A stretch of 64,000 nucleotides of DNA from a virus. Position 1 is the stretch's first letter, and each line of letters begins with the position of its first letter. Both the position numbers and the translations under genes were made by a program. This document shows, piece after piece, positions 9,511-19,758 of this stretch. The notes under the pieces are model-generated. The model was not told the origin of the DNA. It did no database searches and saw only the letters and a list, made by a program, of their open reading frames with translations. The stretch covers positions 1 to 64,000 of IMG/VR virus record IMGVR_UViG_3300047321_000445; one strand, given 5' to 3'.

Positions 9511-10230
9511 GGGCTGGTGTCTGGACCGCCCCATTACTTTGACATTCCCTCGGACATGGGGCGGTATCCAAGCAGATCAGCGTGCTTTAGGCTGCGCATG
9601 AATGCTGGTCAGGAGCTGTCTCGTCGTCACCCGGGCGTGTACCTTGCGCGGTTGCCGGGACGTATGGGAGTAGGCTGCTGCCGAAACAACATCAAATAGC
9701 AAACCGGGGCCCTTCCCCCTCGCGGCGCCTAGGAACGCCGTGTGCGAGGAAGTGGGACCCCGGGTGCGGGAGCGCCGCCTGGAAGCGGCCTACCGCGTGA
9801 CGACAAAAAGGGTGTCGCATGAACCATGGTACTGGCGTTCCCGAGTACGCCAACCGCAAGACCCGCCACTCCGCCGCGCACTGGCCGGCGTCGAGTAGCG
9901 GGTCTTCCCATGTCCCCGGCCGTTTGAGCCGGATTGAGACTCCCTCGGGCCGTTCGGCCGCGCAGGGCACCAACGCACTCCTGGGGAGGCTGTTGAAGGA
10001 GTAGTCATTCGGGGGCGGCCCCGGCGTTGTCAGCGCCTCCTACCGCCCCGGCCGGTCCGGGTGTTGTCAGCACCCTCTCCCCGGCCCTCATGCCACCGCT
10101 CCGATCGGGCGTCACCCCGGTCGAGCGAAGAACCCGGTGTCAGCCGGGCCCCAGTTGGTTCGCCAGAACCCGAAGCCCTTGTCACGGGGCTTCGTACTTC
10201 CTCACCGATACAAAGAGGAGTGGGTCCATA

Positions 10231-11439
10231 GTGCCCGAGAGCACTGTCACTTGTCACTCTGCGCACCCCCAGGGTGCCGATTCGCCCCAGAATGTCACTC
10301 TCGCGAGTGTCGATTCATCGACAAAAGACGTCCCGTTTGGCCTGGTTCGGGGCGCTGCCGCGCAGTGCCTCGAACACACCCGCTCTCGCCGTACCGGACC
10401 GCGTATCTGGCTGCGTGTCGTGGAGTGGCTCGTCGCGGCCGGCCTGCACCCGAAGGCCAACCAGACGACCCTGGCCATCGCCCGGGACCTGGCCGACCGG
10501 ATGGACTACACCACCGGACACGTCAGGTACGGCCTGGAGGACATGCCCGCACGGCTCGGGGTGTCCCGTGCCACCGTCGCCCGCCACGTCTCCTACCTGC
10601 GCGAGCTGGGCGCCCTGGCCTGGGTGCAGCACGGCAGCAAGGCCAACATCCGGCGCGTCCTTGGCCAGAAGGGCTATGCCGGGACCGCCACCGTGTACGC
10701 CGCGGTGATCCCGGCCGTCTACGACCACGCCATGGGCCACACCCTGATCGGTTCCGGATACGGGGCCCGCATCGTGGTTGACCAGCGCGAACAGGCTGTT
10801 GAGACCCCTTCCCTGACCTTGGTTAATGAAGTGGTTCAGGTTCAGGTAGACAGTGGAAAAAACAACTACATCCCGCGCCAGGGCGCGAGCCGCTCAACCG
10901 ACTCGTCCCCCGGTGAGCAGATCAAAAAGCGCAGCAACAGGCGGGGGGCGAACAAGGGTTCGACGGGACGCAGCGCCTTGCAGGTGGTCGAGGACATCCG
11001 CATCGCCCGCCAGGTGCGGCCCCGGGTGCCGTGGACGCAGCGGGAAGGCCTGCGCCGTCTGGCGTTCGCCCTGCGCCCGCTGATCGATGAGGGCATGGAC
11101 GCCCACGAGGTCGCCGCCTACCTGACCGGCATGTGCCTGACCTGGCGCCCGGCCGCCCCGGCCGCCTACATCCGCACAGAGCTGCTCCGCCGTCAGGAAG
11201 CCCACCACGAGGCCGTGGAGGCCGCCGAGCGGTGGGAGCGCGATCACGGCCCGGAGGGCGCGTTCCGGCTCAACTCCGAGTCCACCCCGTCCCTGATCGC
11301 GGCTGCCCTGGCCGCCAACGCCCAGGGCATGGCCCGCCTGTCCGCCGCCCAGCGGGCACGGGGCCTGGACGACCCGTTCGCCAACCACGACGCAGCCGCC
11401 GCGGCCGACATCGCCGCCTTCCTCGGGAGTCCCGCATGA
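10231..11439 (+). CDS. HTH-domain replication initiator-like protein
   Basis: wHTH MPARLGVSRATVARHVSYLRELGAL; GAGGAG RBS; next to DciA and par genes; start uncertain. Confidence 0.65.
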   Translation: MPESTVTCHSAHPQGADSPQNVTLASVDSSTKDVPFGLVRGAAAQCLEHTRSRRTGPRIWLRVVEWLVAAGLHPKANQTTLAIARDLADRMDYTTGHVRYGLEDMPARLGVSRATVARHVSYLRELGALAWVQHGSKANIRRVLGQKGYAGTATVYAAVIPAVYDHAMGHTLIGSGYGARIVVDQREQAVETPSLTLVNEVVQVQVDSGKNNYIPRQGASRSTDSSPGEQIKKRSNRRGANKGSTGRSALQVVEDIRIARQVRPRVPWTQREGLRRLAFALRPLIDEGMDAHEVAAYLTGMCLTWRPAAPAAYIRTELLRRQEAHHEAVEAAERWERDHGPEGAFRLNSESTPSLIAAALAANAQGMARLSAAQRARGLDDPFANHDAAAAADIAAFLGSPA

Positions 11440-12137
11440 CCGAACAGGAGCCCTCGGGCGTCGACCTGGCCCGCGTGGCGCTCGCCCGCGCCAAGGCCGC
11501 CGCCAAGACTGCCCCGCCCACCGCCCCCAAGACGCGCCGCACCACGTCCAGCCGACGGGGTGGTCCCACCGGCCGCGATCCGATGGCCTTCGGCGCCGCT
11601 ATCGAACGCCTCATGAACGAGCGGGGATGGGAGGTGGCGGCCGAGGGCGGCAGCATCATCGACCGGTGGGCGACCATCGCCCCGGAACTCGTGGGGAAGG
11701 TGTCTGCCGAGCGCTACGACCCGGAGACCGGGACGCTGCACCTGAGGCCGCATGTGGACGCCTACGGCACGCACCTACGGCTGCGGGAGCGGGAGGTCGT
11801 GTACCGCATCAACGCCGCGGCGGGCGGCTCCCCGGTCCGCGCCCTGCGGATCCTGCCCACCGGTGCAGCCGGCCGCGCCCCCGAGCCCGAGACGACCCCG
11901 ACCCGGGCCCCGGCCGCCCCGGCCGCGCCGGTGCCCGTCGAACCCGAGGAGCACGAGGAACGTGAGGAGCGCATGGCGCGCCGCGCGCTCCGGGCCGAAG
12001 AAGCCCGCGCAGCCCACCGTGAGGCCGTCGCCGGACCGCGCCCCGAGGCACCCCCGACCCGCACGCGCGAGAACGCCAGCGACGGCTTCAAGCGCGTCCG
12101 TGCCGTCTACCTCGCCACCCGCAAGCGCCCCACCTGA
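11436..12137 (+). CDS. dciA: DciA (DUF721) family protein
   Basis: SGVDLARVAL..., GRDP..FG..I.RL..ERGW, IIDRWATI, GTLHL pattern of actinobacterial DUF721. Confidence 0.75.
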   Translation: MTEQEPSGVDLARVALARAKAAAKTAPPTAPKTRRTTSSRRGGPTGRDPMAFGAAIERLMNERGWEVAAEGGSIIDRWATIAPELVGKVSAERYDPETGTLHLRPHVDAYGTHLRLREREVVYRINAAAGGSPVRALRILPTGAAGRAPEPETTPTRAPAAPAAPVPVEPEEHEEREERMARRALRAEEARAAHREAVAGPRPEAPPTRTRENASDGFKRVRAVYLATRKRPT

Positions 12138-12158
12138 TCCCGCCGAAGGAACCGCCCC

Positions 12159-12512
12159 GTGAGCCTGCTCCTGGACATCCCCACAGCCGTGCCCCCATGG
12201 TCGCGACCCACTCGAATCGCCCCGCCGCCCACCAAGGCGGGCCGCCGCCGCTGCGAGATCTTCGCGTGGATCGGCCAGCCGTTCCACTCCTGCGACAACT
12301 GCGGCGAACCGTACTGGGACCACCTGTACGAGCCGCCGCACGGCGGAGCGAAGCCGCTGTTCCACGTCGCGCAGTACGACGAGCACCTGCGCGCCTGGGT
12401 CTGGGAACCGGTCGGCAAAGTCATCAGTCGCCCCGCCGCGTGGGCGACCCGCTACCGATGGGGCGGCTACGACGACACAGCCCGCCGCATGGACACGATG
12501 GAGTCAAAGTGA
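12159..12512 (+). CDS. hypothetical protein
   Basis: GAAGGA RBS, CDNC motif. Confidence 0.6.
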   Translation: MSLLLDIPTAVPPWSRPTRIAPPPTKAGRRRCEIFAWIGQPFHSCDNCGEPYWDHLYEPPHGGAKPLFHVAQYDEHLRAWVWEPVGKVISRPAAWATRYRWGGYDDTARRMDTMESK

Positions 12513-12676
12513 CCACACAGCACCGACCCCGCACGGCTCGCCGCGAACCGCGCCCGATACCGCCAGCCGTCTTCGAAGAGGCGCGCTACATGGACGGCTT
12601 GCCGTACGAGACGACCCGCGGCCTGCCCGACCGGGACGGCTTCGACGAGCCGGCCGACGACGGCGAGGGCGCCTGA
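12509..12676 (+). CDS. small hypothetical protein
   Basis: coupled GTG start. Confidence 0.45.
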   Translation: MTTQHRPRTARREPRPIPPAVFEEARYMDGLPYETTRGLPDRDGFDEPADDGEGA

Positions 12677-12677
12677 A

Positions 12678-12814
12678 GTGTCTCGCGCGAGACACTTTCA
12701 CGCCCACCCTGTCCGGTTATCTCCAGGAAAAGTGTCTCGCGCGAGACAGAAACGACTGCGGCCCGGCACCCCCCACCATCAGGGGGCCGGGCCGCAAAGT
12801 GTCTCGCGCGAGAC
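12678..12814. repeat. three 16-18-bp palindromes, putative parS centromere
   Basis: GTGTCTCGCGCGAGACA at ~12678, ~12732, ~12799, just downstream of the par operon. Confidence 0.75.
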
Positions 12815-12818
12815 AGTT

Positions 12819-13781
12819 CTACATGCTGGGCTCGTCCAGCTCAGCGAGCACCGACTGAAGGTCGGACGCCAACTTCAACGCCGCCATCATCGTCTGCCTG
12901 GCAGCGTCTGGAGACACCGCCGCAGCTTCCTTCAGCGTCGTGCGGTCGGACGCGACGATCGCCTTCTGCGCGTTCGCGAGGACCACGGTAGGCGTCACCA
13001 CGGACAGTTCCCGTGTCGGCTCGTAGTCCTCCAGACCGGCCGCCAGCCCCAGCACGTCGCGCTTCACTTCGAGTTGCTTCGCGCTCGTGCCACCAGTCGA
13101 CTCGGCCGCCGACCACACCCGCCGCACCGCTTCCTCGCCGTGTTGCCGCAGGATCGGCGCGAGCACGTCGACCTGCCGAGTCGTCAGCGGACCGGTGTAG
13201 AGAGGAGCGAGCGCTTGCGCCACCGGCCCCTCGTTCACCATGCGGTAGGCATGCGGCCCGGAGACTCCGCACCGCTCCTGTGCCCATCGCCGGAAGCTGC
13301 GGTACTTCTTGCCAGACGCATCCAGCCTGGCCTTGTACGCCTTCGTACGGTGCGCCTGCCGGATCGCTGGCCCGGCCGCAGACAACCACTTCGATTCGAC
13401 CTCGCGCATCTCCTCCTCAGCCTCGACCCGCGCGGCAAGGATGATCTGCTCGCACCGCGTCAGGATCTCGGCAGGGTCCGCCGTGTCAGGCAGCAGGCCC
13501 TCGGACGGTTCCGGCGCGACGACCACCGGGGCCGGGGCGGCGGGCTCAGGCTGTGCAGGCACCGCCGCGGCCGGCTCGGGCGCCGGGCGCGGGCGGCGAG
13601 TTGCAGGCTCCTGCGCCGCCTCCTGGACGGGAGCGGCCTCGGGCTGCCGGGTGGCGGCAGCCCGCTCGGCTTCCAAGACTTCCCGGGTGACCTCGATCGG
13701 CGCGCCGCCCGAGGGCGGCAGCATCCCGCCGCGCCGCTGCTGCCCGGCTCCTGCTCCGATGGGCTGGCCCTTGGCGGCCAT
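12819..13781 (-). CDS. partition partner protein (ParB-like adaptor)
   Basis: coupled downstream of ParA; central helical/HTH-like region. Confidence 0.65.
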   Translation of the reverse strand: MAAKGQPIGAGAGQQRRGGMLPPSGGAPIEVTREVLEAERAAATRQPEAAPVQEAAQEPATRRPRPAPEPAAAVPAQPEPAAPAPVVVAPEPSEGLLPDTADPAEILTRCEQIILAARVEAEEEMREVESKWLSAAGPAIRQAHRTKAYKARLDASGKKYRSFRRWAQERCGVSGPHAYRMVNEGPVAQALAPLYTGPLTTRQVDVLAPILRQHGEEAVRRVWSAAESTGGTSAKQLEVKRDVLGLAAGLEDYEPTRELSVVTPTVVLANAQKAIVASDRTTLKEAAAVSPDAARQTMMAALKLASDLQSVLAELDEPSM

Positions 13782-14578
13782 CAGACGATCACCTTCTCCG
13801 CCTCGCGCAGCGTGATGACGCCCGCACCGGTCGCCTCGTCCTTGGTGATGATGCCGGTCTCGATGAGCAGCGGCACGAAACCGACGAGGTCTTTCCACCG
13901 GGGGCAGTCCGGATCGTCGCTGCTGCCCTTCAGCTGCGGGACACGGCCGAACGCGCGCTTGTAGGCGACGAGCATGGGGATGTCGGTGTCCAGCAGTGGG
14001 TACGCGCCGTCGGCCTGGTCCTCGTACAGCAGGGCGGCCCGAGCCTCGGTCTTGTCACGGCTCGGCTCGCACCGAGACAGGACGTAGAACATGATCGCGC
14101 CGCCGACAGTGTTCCGGGAGGCCGCCATCAACGCGGCCTCCCGCGTCTGCGGGGCCTGCTCAAGGTCGCCCTCGTCCGGGCACAACGGCACGATCAGCTT
14201 GTGCGACCGGCGTACGGCTGCCAGGAACGCGCCGATGTTGCCGCCGCCGACGTCCACCACGATGTCGTCCACGTCGCCCCGGGCACGGACTGCGTCGATC
14301 TCCGCGTCCAGCGTCTCGAACGGGTGCCTGATCACCTCCACCGGCCAGTCGTAGCCGCGCAGTCGGGCCTTGTCCGGCCACTTGCTGGCGGTCTGGCTGG
14401 CGGAGTCCGCGTCGAACAGGACTACGCGCCGGCCAAGGACGGTGGCCTTGAAGAGGGCGGTAAGGACGGCCAGTCGGGTCTTGCCGGTGCCACCCTTGAG
14501 GGCTCCGACCGAGGTCACCTCGGTTTCAACCTGCTCGGGCTGGGCTTCGGGCGAGCCGCTAGGCTCAGGAATGGTCAT
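13781..14578 (-). CDS. parA: ParA family ATPase
   Basis: deviant Walker A KGGTGKT, FDAD, IVVDVGG, LIVP. Confidence 0.92.
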   Translation of the reverse strand: MTIPEPSGSPEAQPEQVETEVTSVGALKGGTGKTRLAVLTALFKATVLGRRVVLFDADSASQTASKWPDKARLRGYDWPVEVIRHPFETLDAEIDAVRARGDVDDIVVDVGGGNIGAFLAAVRRSHKLIVPLCPDEGDLEQAPQTREAALMAASRNTVGGAIMFYVLSRCEPSRDKTEARAALLYEDQADGAYPLLDTDIPMLVAYKRAFGRVPQLKGSSDDPDCPRWKDLVGFVPLLIETGIITKDEATGAGVITLREAEKVIV

Positions 14579-14960
14579 GCATACCTCGCGTGATGCGTTG
14601 CGGTGGCCCCGCCTATGGGGGGCGGGGCCCCGACGGTTTGGGGCTTGAGCGTATCGGGGCCGCCCCGGTGAGCACGGTCCGACCAGGCGGCGAGCATGAT
14701 TTCCGGCACAGAAAAGTGAGAGGCCCTCACGTTTTGCTCGTTCAGCTCGTAGGGTTCTAACCCGAGGCTTGCACTTCCAACGCAATGCGGGGAGTACCGT
14801 TTTGCCGAAACATGCCTCTACAATCCCCCTGACACCAGGGCTGCACCCAAGGGGACCTTGGTCTTGTGGCGCCTCTCTTCACTTCCTTGTCGGCAACTTG
14901 GGTCGGTGAAGGGAGGGCGCCATGCAGCAGGATCAGCCCCCACGAAGCGGAGACCCCCTC

Positions 14961-15353
14961 ATGCCTGCCAGCGAGGTCGGATCCACAGCGCACGCCCCTG
15001 GGCCAGAAGACGAGGCCATGGCATCGGTCGTGTCGCTTCATACCCGCCGCCGCCTCCTCCCGCCGTCCGAGGTCGTCGGGGACGCGAGGGCGGCGGAGTT
15101 CTGGAAGGGCGTGTTCGCCGAGCACGGCTTGAGCCTTGACGGCTCCGCTCCCGTCGAGGACGTCCTGAAGATCGTCGCCGAGCGCATGGAAGCTATGGTC
15201 ACCGGCCTGCTGTACCTGCGGGAAGGCGGTGGACCACGCGAGCTGGAGGCCGACCAGCAGGCTGGCATCGACTACACCGGAGCCACCGAAGTGGTGGGCT
15301 TGCTGCGCGAGATGGCCGCCGCCCCGAAGACGGTGCGCGGCTCGACCAGATAA
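14961..15353 (+). CDS. hypothetical protein
   Basis: GGAG RBS, followed by terminator. Confidence 0.7.
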   Translation: MPASEVGSTAHAPGPEDEAMASVVSLHTRRRLLPPSEVVGDARAAEFWKGVFAEHGLSLDGSAPVEDVLKIVAERMEAMVTGLLYLREGGGPRELEADQQAGIDYTGATEVVGLLREMAAAPKTVRGSTR

Positions 15354-15368
15354 CCAGCGACACCAGAC

Positions 15369-15395
15369 GAAGGGGGCCCATCGCGGGCCCCCTTC
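15369..15395 (+). terminator. intrinsic terminator
   Basis: gaagggggccc-atcgc-gggcccccttc. Confidence 0.7.
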
Positions 15396-15599
15396 TTCAT
15401 GTTCGCGTCATATGCCAGCTACAGTTTTTTCATTCATATGACATAAGACGAGTAGCCACACGATTACAAATTCGTACGCTAGTGCCAAGATAGGAACGCG
15501 CGGGTCCGGCTTCTGCCGTCTCCCGTCTGCTTGGGCGCTCGCCCCCACGTCGCCCGTAAGTACACCGCATGTCCGCACCCGCACTTTGGGGGGATACCC

Positions 15600-16217
15600 A
15601 TGTCTGACGCTTCGGGCGCCGAGAGACGAACGTACGGCCGAGACCTGGCCTACGAGGCGGCCTCCGACCGCCATTGGATGGCCTCCGGATCGACCGCGCC
15701 CGACCTGGCCGACATGGCTCACCGGCGCGCCACCCGGGTCCACCCGGGTCAGCCGCTGAACCTGACGGTCTACGACCTGGCGCTTGACCACGAGCACTCG
15801 TTGGCCGAGTTCGCCCGCGAGCACGGCCACCCCGAGGAGATCCCTTCGGGCCGGACCGCGCTCGCCGCCTACGCGGCCGCCATCTCCATCGACCACCCGG
15901 AGACCGCCGCCGAGTACGAGGCCAGGCAACTCGCCTCCTCCCTCACTGTCGCCCTCACCCTCGGCGACAGCGACGACGCCCTCGGCAGCATCACCTGCCC
16001 GAAGTGTCTGTGTTGGAGCCTGGTGCCCGTGAACGCTCTCGGTCGGTGGTGGGCCAGGTGCTGGGTCCAGTTCTGTTCCCACGACCCGGACCCTGTGCAC
16101 GACCGGGAGGGCACCCAGTCGCCTGTCCCCGGTGGCCGGCCGCGGCTGTGGTCGCTCCAGCGGATCGCGGCCCACCACCTTGCCGAGCTCGGCGAGGGCT
16201 ACGCCCGGTCTGCCTAG
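15600..16217 (+). CDS. hypothetical protein (C-terminal Zn ribbon)
   Basis: TCPKCLCWSL...C...C. Confidence 0.7.
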   Translation: MSDASGAERRTYGRDLAYEAASDRHWMASGSTAPDLADMAHRRATRVHPGQPLNLTVYDLALDHEHSLAEFAREHGHPEEIPSGRTALAAYAAAISIDHPETAAEYEARQLASSLTVALTLGDSDDALGSITCPKCLCWSLVPVNALGRWWARCWVQFCSHDPDPVHDREGTQSPVPGGRPRLWSLQRIAAHHLAELGEGYARSA

Positions 16218-16255
16218 CTCGTCCCGTTGTTACGTCGAACGGATCACGTCTCTCC

Positions 16256-16609
16256 ATGTACCCGATCCCCACCCAGCGCCCGGCGACTCCCTGCGAGGGG
16301 CCTGCCGAAGGCGCCGACGAACCGTGCTGCTGTCCCACCCGCTTGTTCATCTCCTCCCCGCCCACTGACCTGGTGACGTGGGCGAAGGCCGCCGCAGCCA
16401 CCCAGCGCACCCCGTACGCATGGAGTGAACGCAGGTTGCGGGACATCGCGCGGCAGGCCCGCCTGACCACGTATCCGGCCCCGCGCGAGCGCGGCCGCAC
16501 GGGGCGCCCGGCCCAGGCGCTCGTCTCGCTCTCGGCAGTCCTGGAGCTGCACCGCGACGTCAACCGAGGCTGGCACCCCACCATCCCGCCGCCGCGCGGG
16601 AAGCGCTGA
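16256..16609 (+). CDS. hypothetical protein
   Basis: ORF followed by terminator-like hairpin at 16630-16665. Confidence 0.5.
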   Translation: MYPIPTQRPATPCEGPAEGADEPCCCPTRLFISSPPTDLVTWAKAAAATQRTPYAWSERRLRDIARQARLTTYPAPRERGRTGRPAQALVSLSAVLELHRDVNRGWHPTIPPPRGKR

Positions 16610-16691
16610 CCTTCACCGAACCGTCCCTCAAGCCCCGGCCGCATATCCCCAGCGGCCGGGGCTTCTTGCTGTCCGGATACCCGCCACTTTG

Positions 16692-16723
16692 TCATTGCGC
16701 CCGCATTGAAAAAGGGTTATGCT
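16692..16723 (+). promoter_or_regulatory. class-A promoter/operator, copy 2
   Basis: TCATTGCGCCCGCATTGA; TTGCGC-N17-TATGCT. Confidence 0.7.
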
Positions 16724-16801
16724 CGGCCACGCCGACAAGGCGCCTGACCTGGGAAGACACCGTTCTCCCGGGTCGGGCGCGCCAACCCAAGTGGAGCGTC
16801 A

Positions 16802-17113
16802 ATGAGCATCACGCACGAAGTCCCCGTCCTCGCCCGCCACACGATCCCCCTGGCCCACCTGACCCCCGCTCAGCGCACGATCGCCGATGAGGCCCTCGCC
16901 CGCCTCGGCGTCGCCCACGGCCTCATCGAGGACGAGCCCGCCGAGACCGACGCCGCCACCCGCGCCCTCATCACGTGGACGGCCGCCGCAGCCCTCGGCA
17001 TCACCGTCAGCCCCGGCCACGAACTCGCCCAGTGCCACACCTGCCGCGACGTCCTCGACGGCGCCCACGTCACCGAGACGGCCGGACGCCTCCACTGCAC
17101 CCACTGCGACTAG
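16802..17113 (+). CDS. hypothetical protein (Zn ribbon)
   Basis: GGAG RBS; CHTC, CTHC. Confidence 0.7.
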   Translation: MSITHEVPVLARHTIPLAHLTPAQRTIADEALARLGVAHGLIEDEPAETDAATRALITWTAAAALGITVSPGHELAQCHTCRDVLDGAHVTETAGRLHCTHCD

Positions 17114-17275
17114 CAGCCCCCGACTCCCCGGACTCCCGGCCACCCCCCCAGGCCGGTCGAGTCCGGGGCCCCCGGCCGGGCGGGGCCCGGTCGAGCACGC
17201 CCCCAACGCTCCGTGCTCCCGCCCGCCCGGCCACCCCACAACGCCACCACGCCCGATCCGCGAGGAGAGACCGCC

Positions 17276-17851
17276 ATGCCCGACACCCCCGTCAACCGGC
17301 GCAGAGCCCGCATCCTGCGCCTGCTGTGGGACCAGTGGGACCAGGACCGCGCCGCCCACCGCCCCAGCCGGGACATCACCACCAGCACCGTCTGGGAGGC
17401 CTGGTACCACAGCCCCAACGGCCTCGGCCCGTCCCGCGCCACCGCCCGCGACGACCTGGCCCACCTCGCCCGCACCGGCCACCTGGTCGCCAAGACCAAC
17501 CCCAGCGACGGCCACCGCTACTACCGGCTCAACACCGAGTCCGTGGACCGCGCCGGCCTGTGGCTCATGGCCCTGCCCGACGAACACCCCGCGTTCGCCA
17601 CGCTCAACCAGACCTGCGCCTGGCTCGACAACGCCAGCGAGCGCATGTTCCGCGCCGCCTTCCAGCGCGCCTACAACACCGCGGCCTGCGGCTACCCGCT
17701 GCCCGCCCTCGACGCGCACGCCGAACGCCTCTACAACCAGGCCCGCACCGAAGACGACCGGACCGAAGCCGAGGCATTCGACCTCGGAGTGACCGCCGCC
17801 CGCACCGCCCTCGCCCACGGCCAGCCCCAGCACACCGCCGCCGCCGCATGA
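17276..17851 (+). CDS. hypothetical protein with wHTH-like N-terminus
   Basis: PSRATARDDLAHLARTGHL; GAGGAG RBS. Confidence 0.7.
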   Translation: MPDTPVNRRRARILRLLWDQWDQDRAAHRPSRDITTSTVWEAWYHSPNGLGPSRATARDDLAHLARTGHLVAKTNPSDGHRYYRLNTESVDRAGLWLMALPDEHPAFATLNQTCAWLDNASERMFRAAFQRAYNTAACGYPLPALDAHAERLYNQARTEDDRTEAEAFDLGVTAARTALAHGQPQHTAAAA

Positions 17852-17860
17852 CCCGCCCGC

Positions 17861-17893
17861 GCCGTGCCGCCACCTCGACTGTGGCGGCCCGGC
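17861..17893 (+). repeat. CTCGACT-loop hairpin
   Basis: gccgtgccgccac-CTCGACT-gtggcggcccggc. Confidence 0.7.
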
Positions 17894-17919
17894 CCGAACC
17901 CCGAGAGGACCCCAGCGAC

Positions 17920-18621
17920 ATGAGCATCCCGGCCACCGAACGCAGCCCGCTCAGCGCCGAACAGCGCGACCGCCTCGCCGCTCTCCTGCCCGCCGACACC
18001 AGCTCCGCCACCGACCAGCTCCTGATGGACTTCGGCCAGGTCATCCACGACCGCCGCACCCACCAGCACCCGAAGTCGGAAGACCTCTTCTGCCACAACC
18101 TCGCGGGCTGGATGGGCGAGCGCGCGGCCTACCTGCTCCGCCGACTCGTGGACCTCGAAGAGGACAACGCCCGGCTGCGTGGCGAGTCCACCGACCTGAC
18201 CCCGATCCCCGTCCACTGGGACCGGCTCGTCATGCACCCCACCGGCGAGGACACCGACACGATCGTCTGCTGCCAGACCGAGTCCGGGCATCCCGTCGCC
18301 CTGTTCCTGAGCGAGGAATACCGCGAAGCCCTCGGCCTCCAGCTCGTCGACCCCGACCCCGACGCCGAGGCCGACGGACCCGAGTTCTTCCAGCCGGGAT
18401 GGACCTACACCCAGACCTCCAACGCATCCAGTTCGTTGCCGCCGCGCGTGACCTGGACGTTCGATGTCCGCTCGGTCGAGGAGGCGCCCGACGGCCAGCT
18501 CACCGCCCTCGGCTTCCTGCGCGGCGACCACTACGGCACCGGTGTGTGGACCCCGCACGGTGAGTACGACCTCGACGGCTGGACCGTGGTTGCCGACGAG
18601 CCGGAAGGCGACCAGGACTGA
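17920..18621 (+). CDS. hypothetical protein
   Basis: ATG after GAGAGGA RBS. Confidence 0.7.
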   Translation: MSIPATERSPLSAEQRDRLAALLPADTSSATDQLLMDFGQVIHDRRTHQHPKSEDLFCHNLAGWMGERAAYLLRRLVDLEEDNARLRGESTDLTPIPVHWDRLVMHPTGEDTDTIVCCQTESGHPVALFLSEEYREALGLQLVDPDPDAEADGPEFFQPGWTYTQTSNASSSLPPRVTWTFDVRSVEEAPDGQLTALGFLRGDHYGTGVWTPHGEYDLDGWTVVADEPEGDQD

Positions 18622-18806
18622 TGGGCGCGCTCCCCAAGTTGCTCACCCTCGGCCGCGAGCCCGAGCCGCACGAGCGCAGGCACACCGGCCGCATCGCCCT
18701 CGGCAAGGCCCGCGGCCGCGAGGACGCCGAAGAGCTGCTGGCCGCCCTCGGCATCCAGCCCACCGAATGCCGCAAGCCGGCCGAGCCCGCGCAGGAGACA
18801 TCGTGA
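18621..18806 (+). CDS. small hypothetical protein
   Basis: coupled at both ends. Confidence 0.55.
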   Translation: MGALPKLLTLGREPEPHERRHTGRIALGKARGREDAEELLAALGIQPTECRKPAEPAQETS

Positions 18807-19324
18807 CCGAGCCCGCCTACCCGACCGGCGCCTACGACTGGGACCCGGTCCCGGCCGTCAACCTCGCCGTCTACGCCCGCCCCGCGCCGAAGGGCAGCAA
18901 GGACCCCGTCGGCTTCCGGCGCGGCAAGAAGGGCCAGCAGGTCCCCATCCTCAAAGAGTCCTCCCCGTACCTCGAAGCGTGGTCGGGGGCGGTGACGCTC
19001 GCCGTGCGCAGCGCGATTGCCCGCCGCCGCGCCCGCAAGGCCCTCGGACCCGTGTACGCGCACCTCGTCTTCACGATGCCCAAGCCGAAGTCGGCGCTCA
19101 AGCGCACGCGAACCTTCCCGGACAGCTTCCCGGACATCGACAAGTTGGAGCGCGCCACCTACGACGCGATCACCAAGGCCCTGGCCTGGGAGGACGACGG
19201 CCGCGTCCTGGAGAACCACAACGTCAAGGCGTACCCGCTCGAACACCCCGACGCGCTCGACAAGCCCGGCGCCCTCATCCGCCTCTACACCCTCGCCAAG
19301 CCCGAGGAAGGAGACGACCAGTGA
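18803..19324 (+). CDS. rusA: RusA-family Holliday junction resolvase
   Basis: PAPKGSK, PDIDKLERATYDAI, WEDDGRV. Confidence 0.85.
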   Translation: MTEPAYPTGAYDWDPVPAVNLAVYARPAPKGSKDPVGFRRGKKGQQVPILKESSPYLEAWSGAVTLAVRSAIARRRARKALGPVYAHLVFTMPKPKSALKRTRTFPDSFPDIDKLERATYDAITKALAWEDDGRVLENHNVKAYPLEHPDALDKPGALIRLYTLAKPEEGDDQ

Positions 19325-19758
19325 TCCAGCTCCCCGACGACGTCCGCGCGCGCATCGAGACTCTGCTGCGCGACGGCGACGGCGACCAGAGCATCGCCCG
19401 CGAGACCGGGGTGTCCACCCGCCAGGTCCGCAACATCCGCGATGCCCTCCGCATCGCGCGCCTGCCGCGCGGCTCGCTGCCGTCCCCCTCCCTCGAAGCC
19501 CTCTTCTACAGACGGGTCGCACCCACCCCCGACGGCCACATGCTCTGGCCCGACAACCCGTCCCAGCACCGCGCCATCAGGCGAGCCGGCCGCAACTACA
19601 GCGTGAACCAGGTCGCCTTCCGCATCGGCCGAGGCCGCGAGCCCGAAGGCATGGTCCTCACCGGCTGCGACGTCCCCCGCTGCGTCCACCCCAAGCACGT
19701 CGAAGACGAGAACGACCGCGCCCTGTACCGGGCCCTCACCGGAGAAGTCGCCTCATGA
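19321..19758 (+). CDS. HTH protein with degenerate HNH-like C-terminus
   Basis: IARETGVSTRQV; CDVPRCVHPKHV. Confidence 0.65.
   Translation: MIQLPDDVRARIETLLRDGDGDQSIARETGVSTRQVRNIRDALRIARLPRGSLPSPSLEALFYRRVAPTPDGHMLWPDNPSQHRAIRRAGRNYSVNQVAFRIGRGREPEGMVLTGCDVPRCVHPKHVEDENDRALYRALTGEVAS

Noticed and set aside
12678-13964. 428-aa plus-strand ORF with repeated VSRAR peptides
   Set aside because: The peptide repeats are translations of the DNA palindromes, and the ORF is antisense to the par operon.
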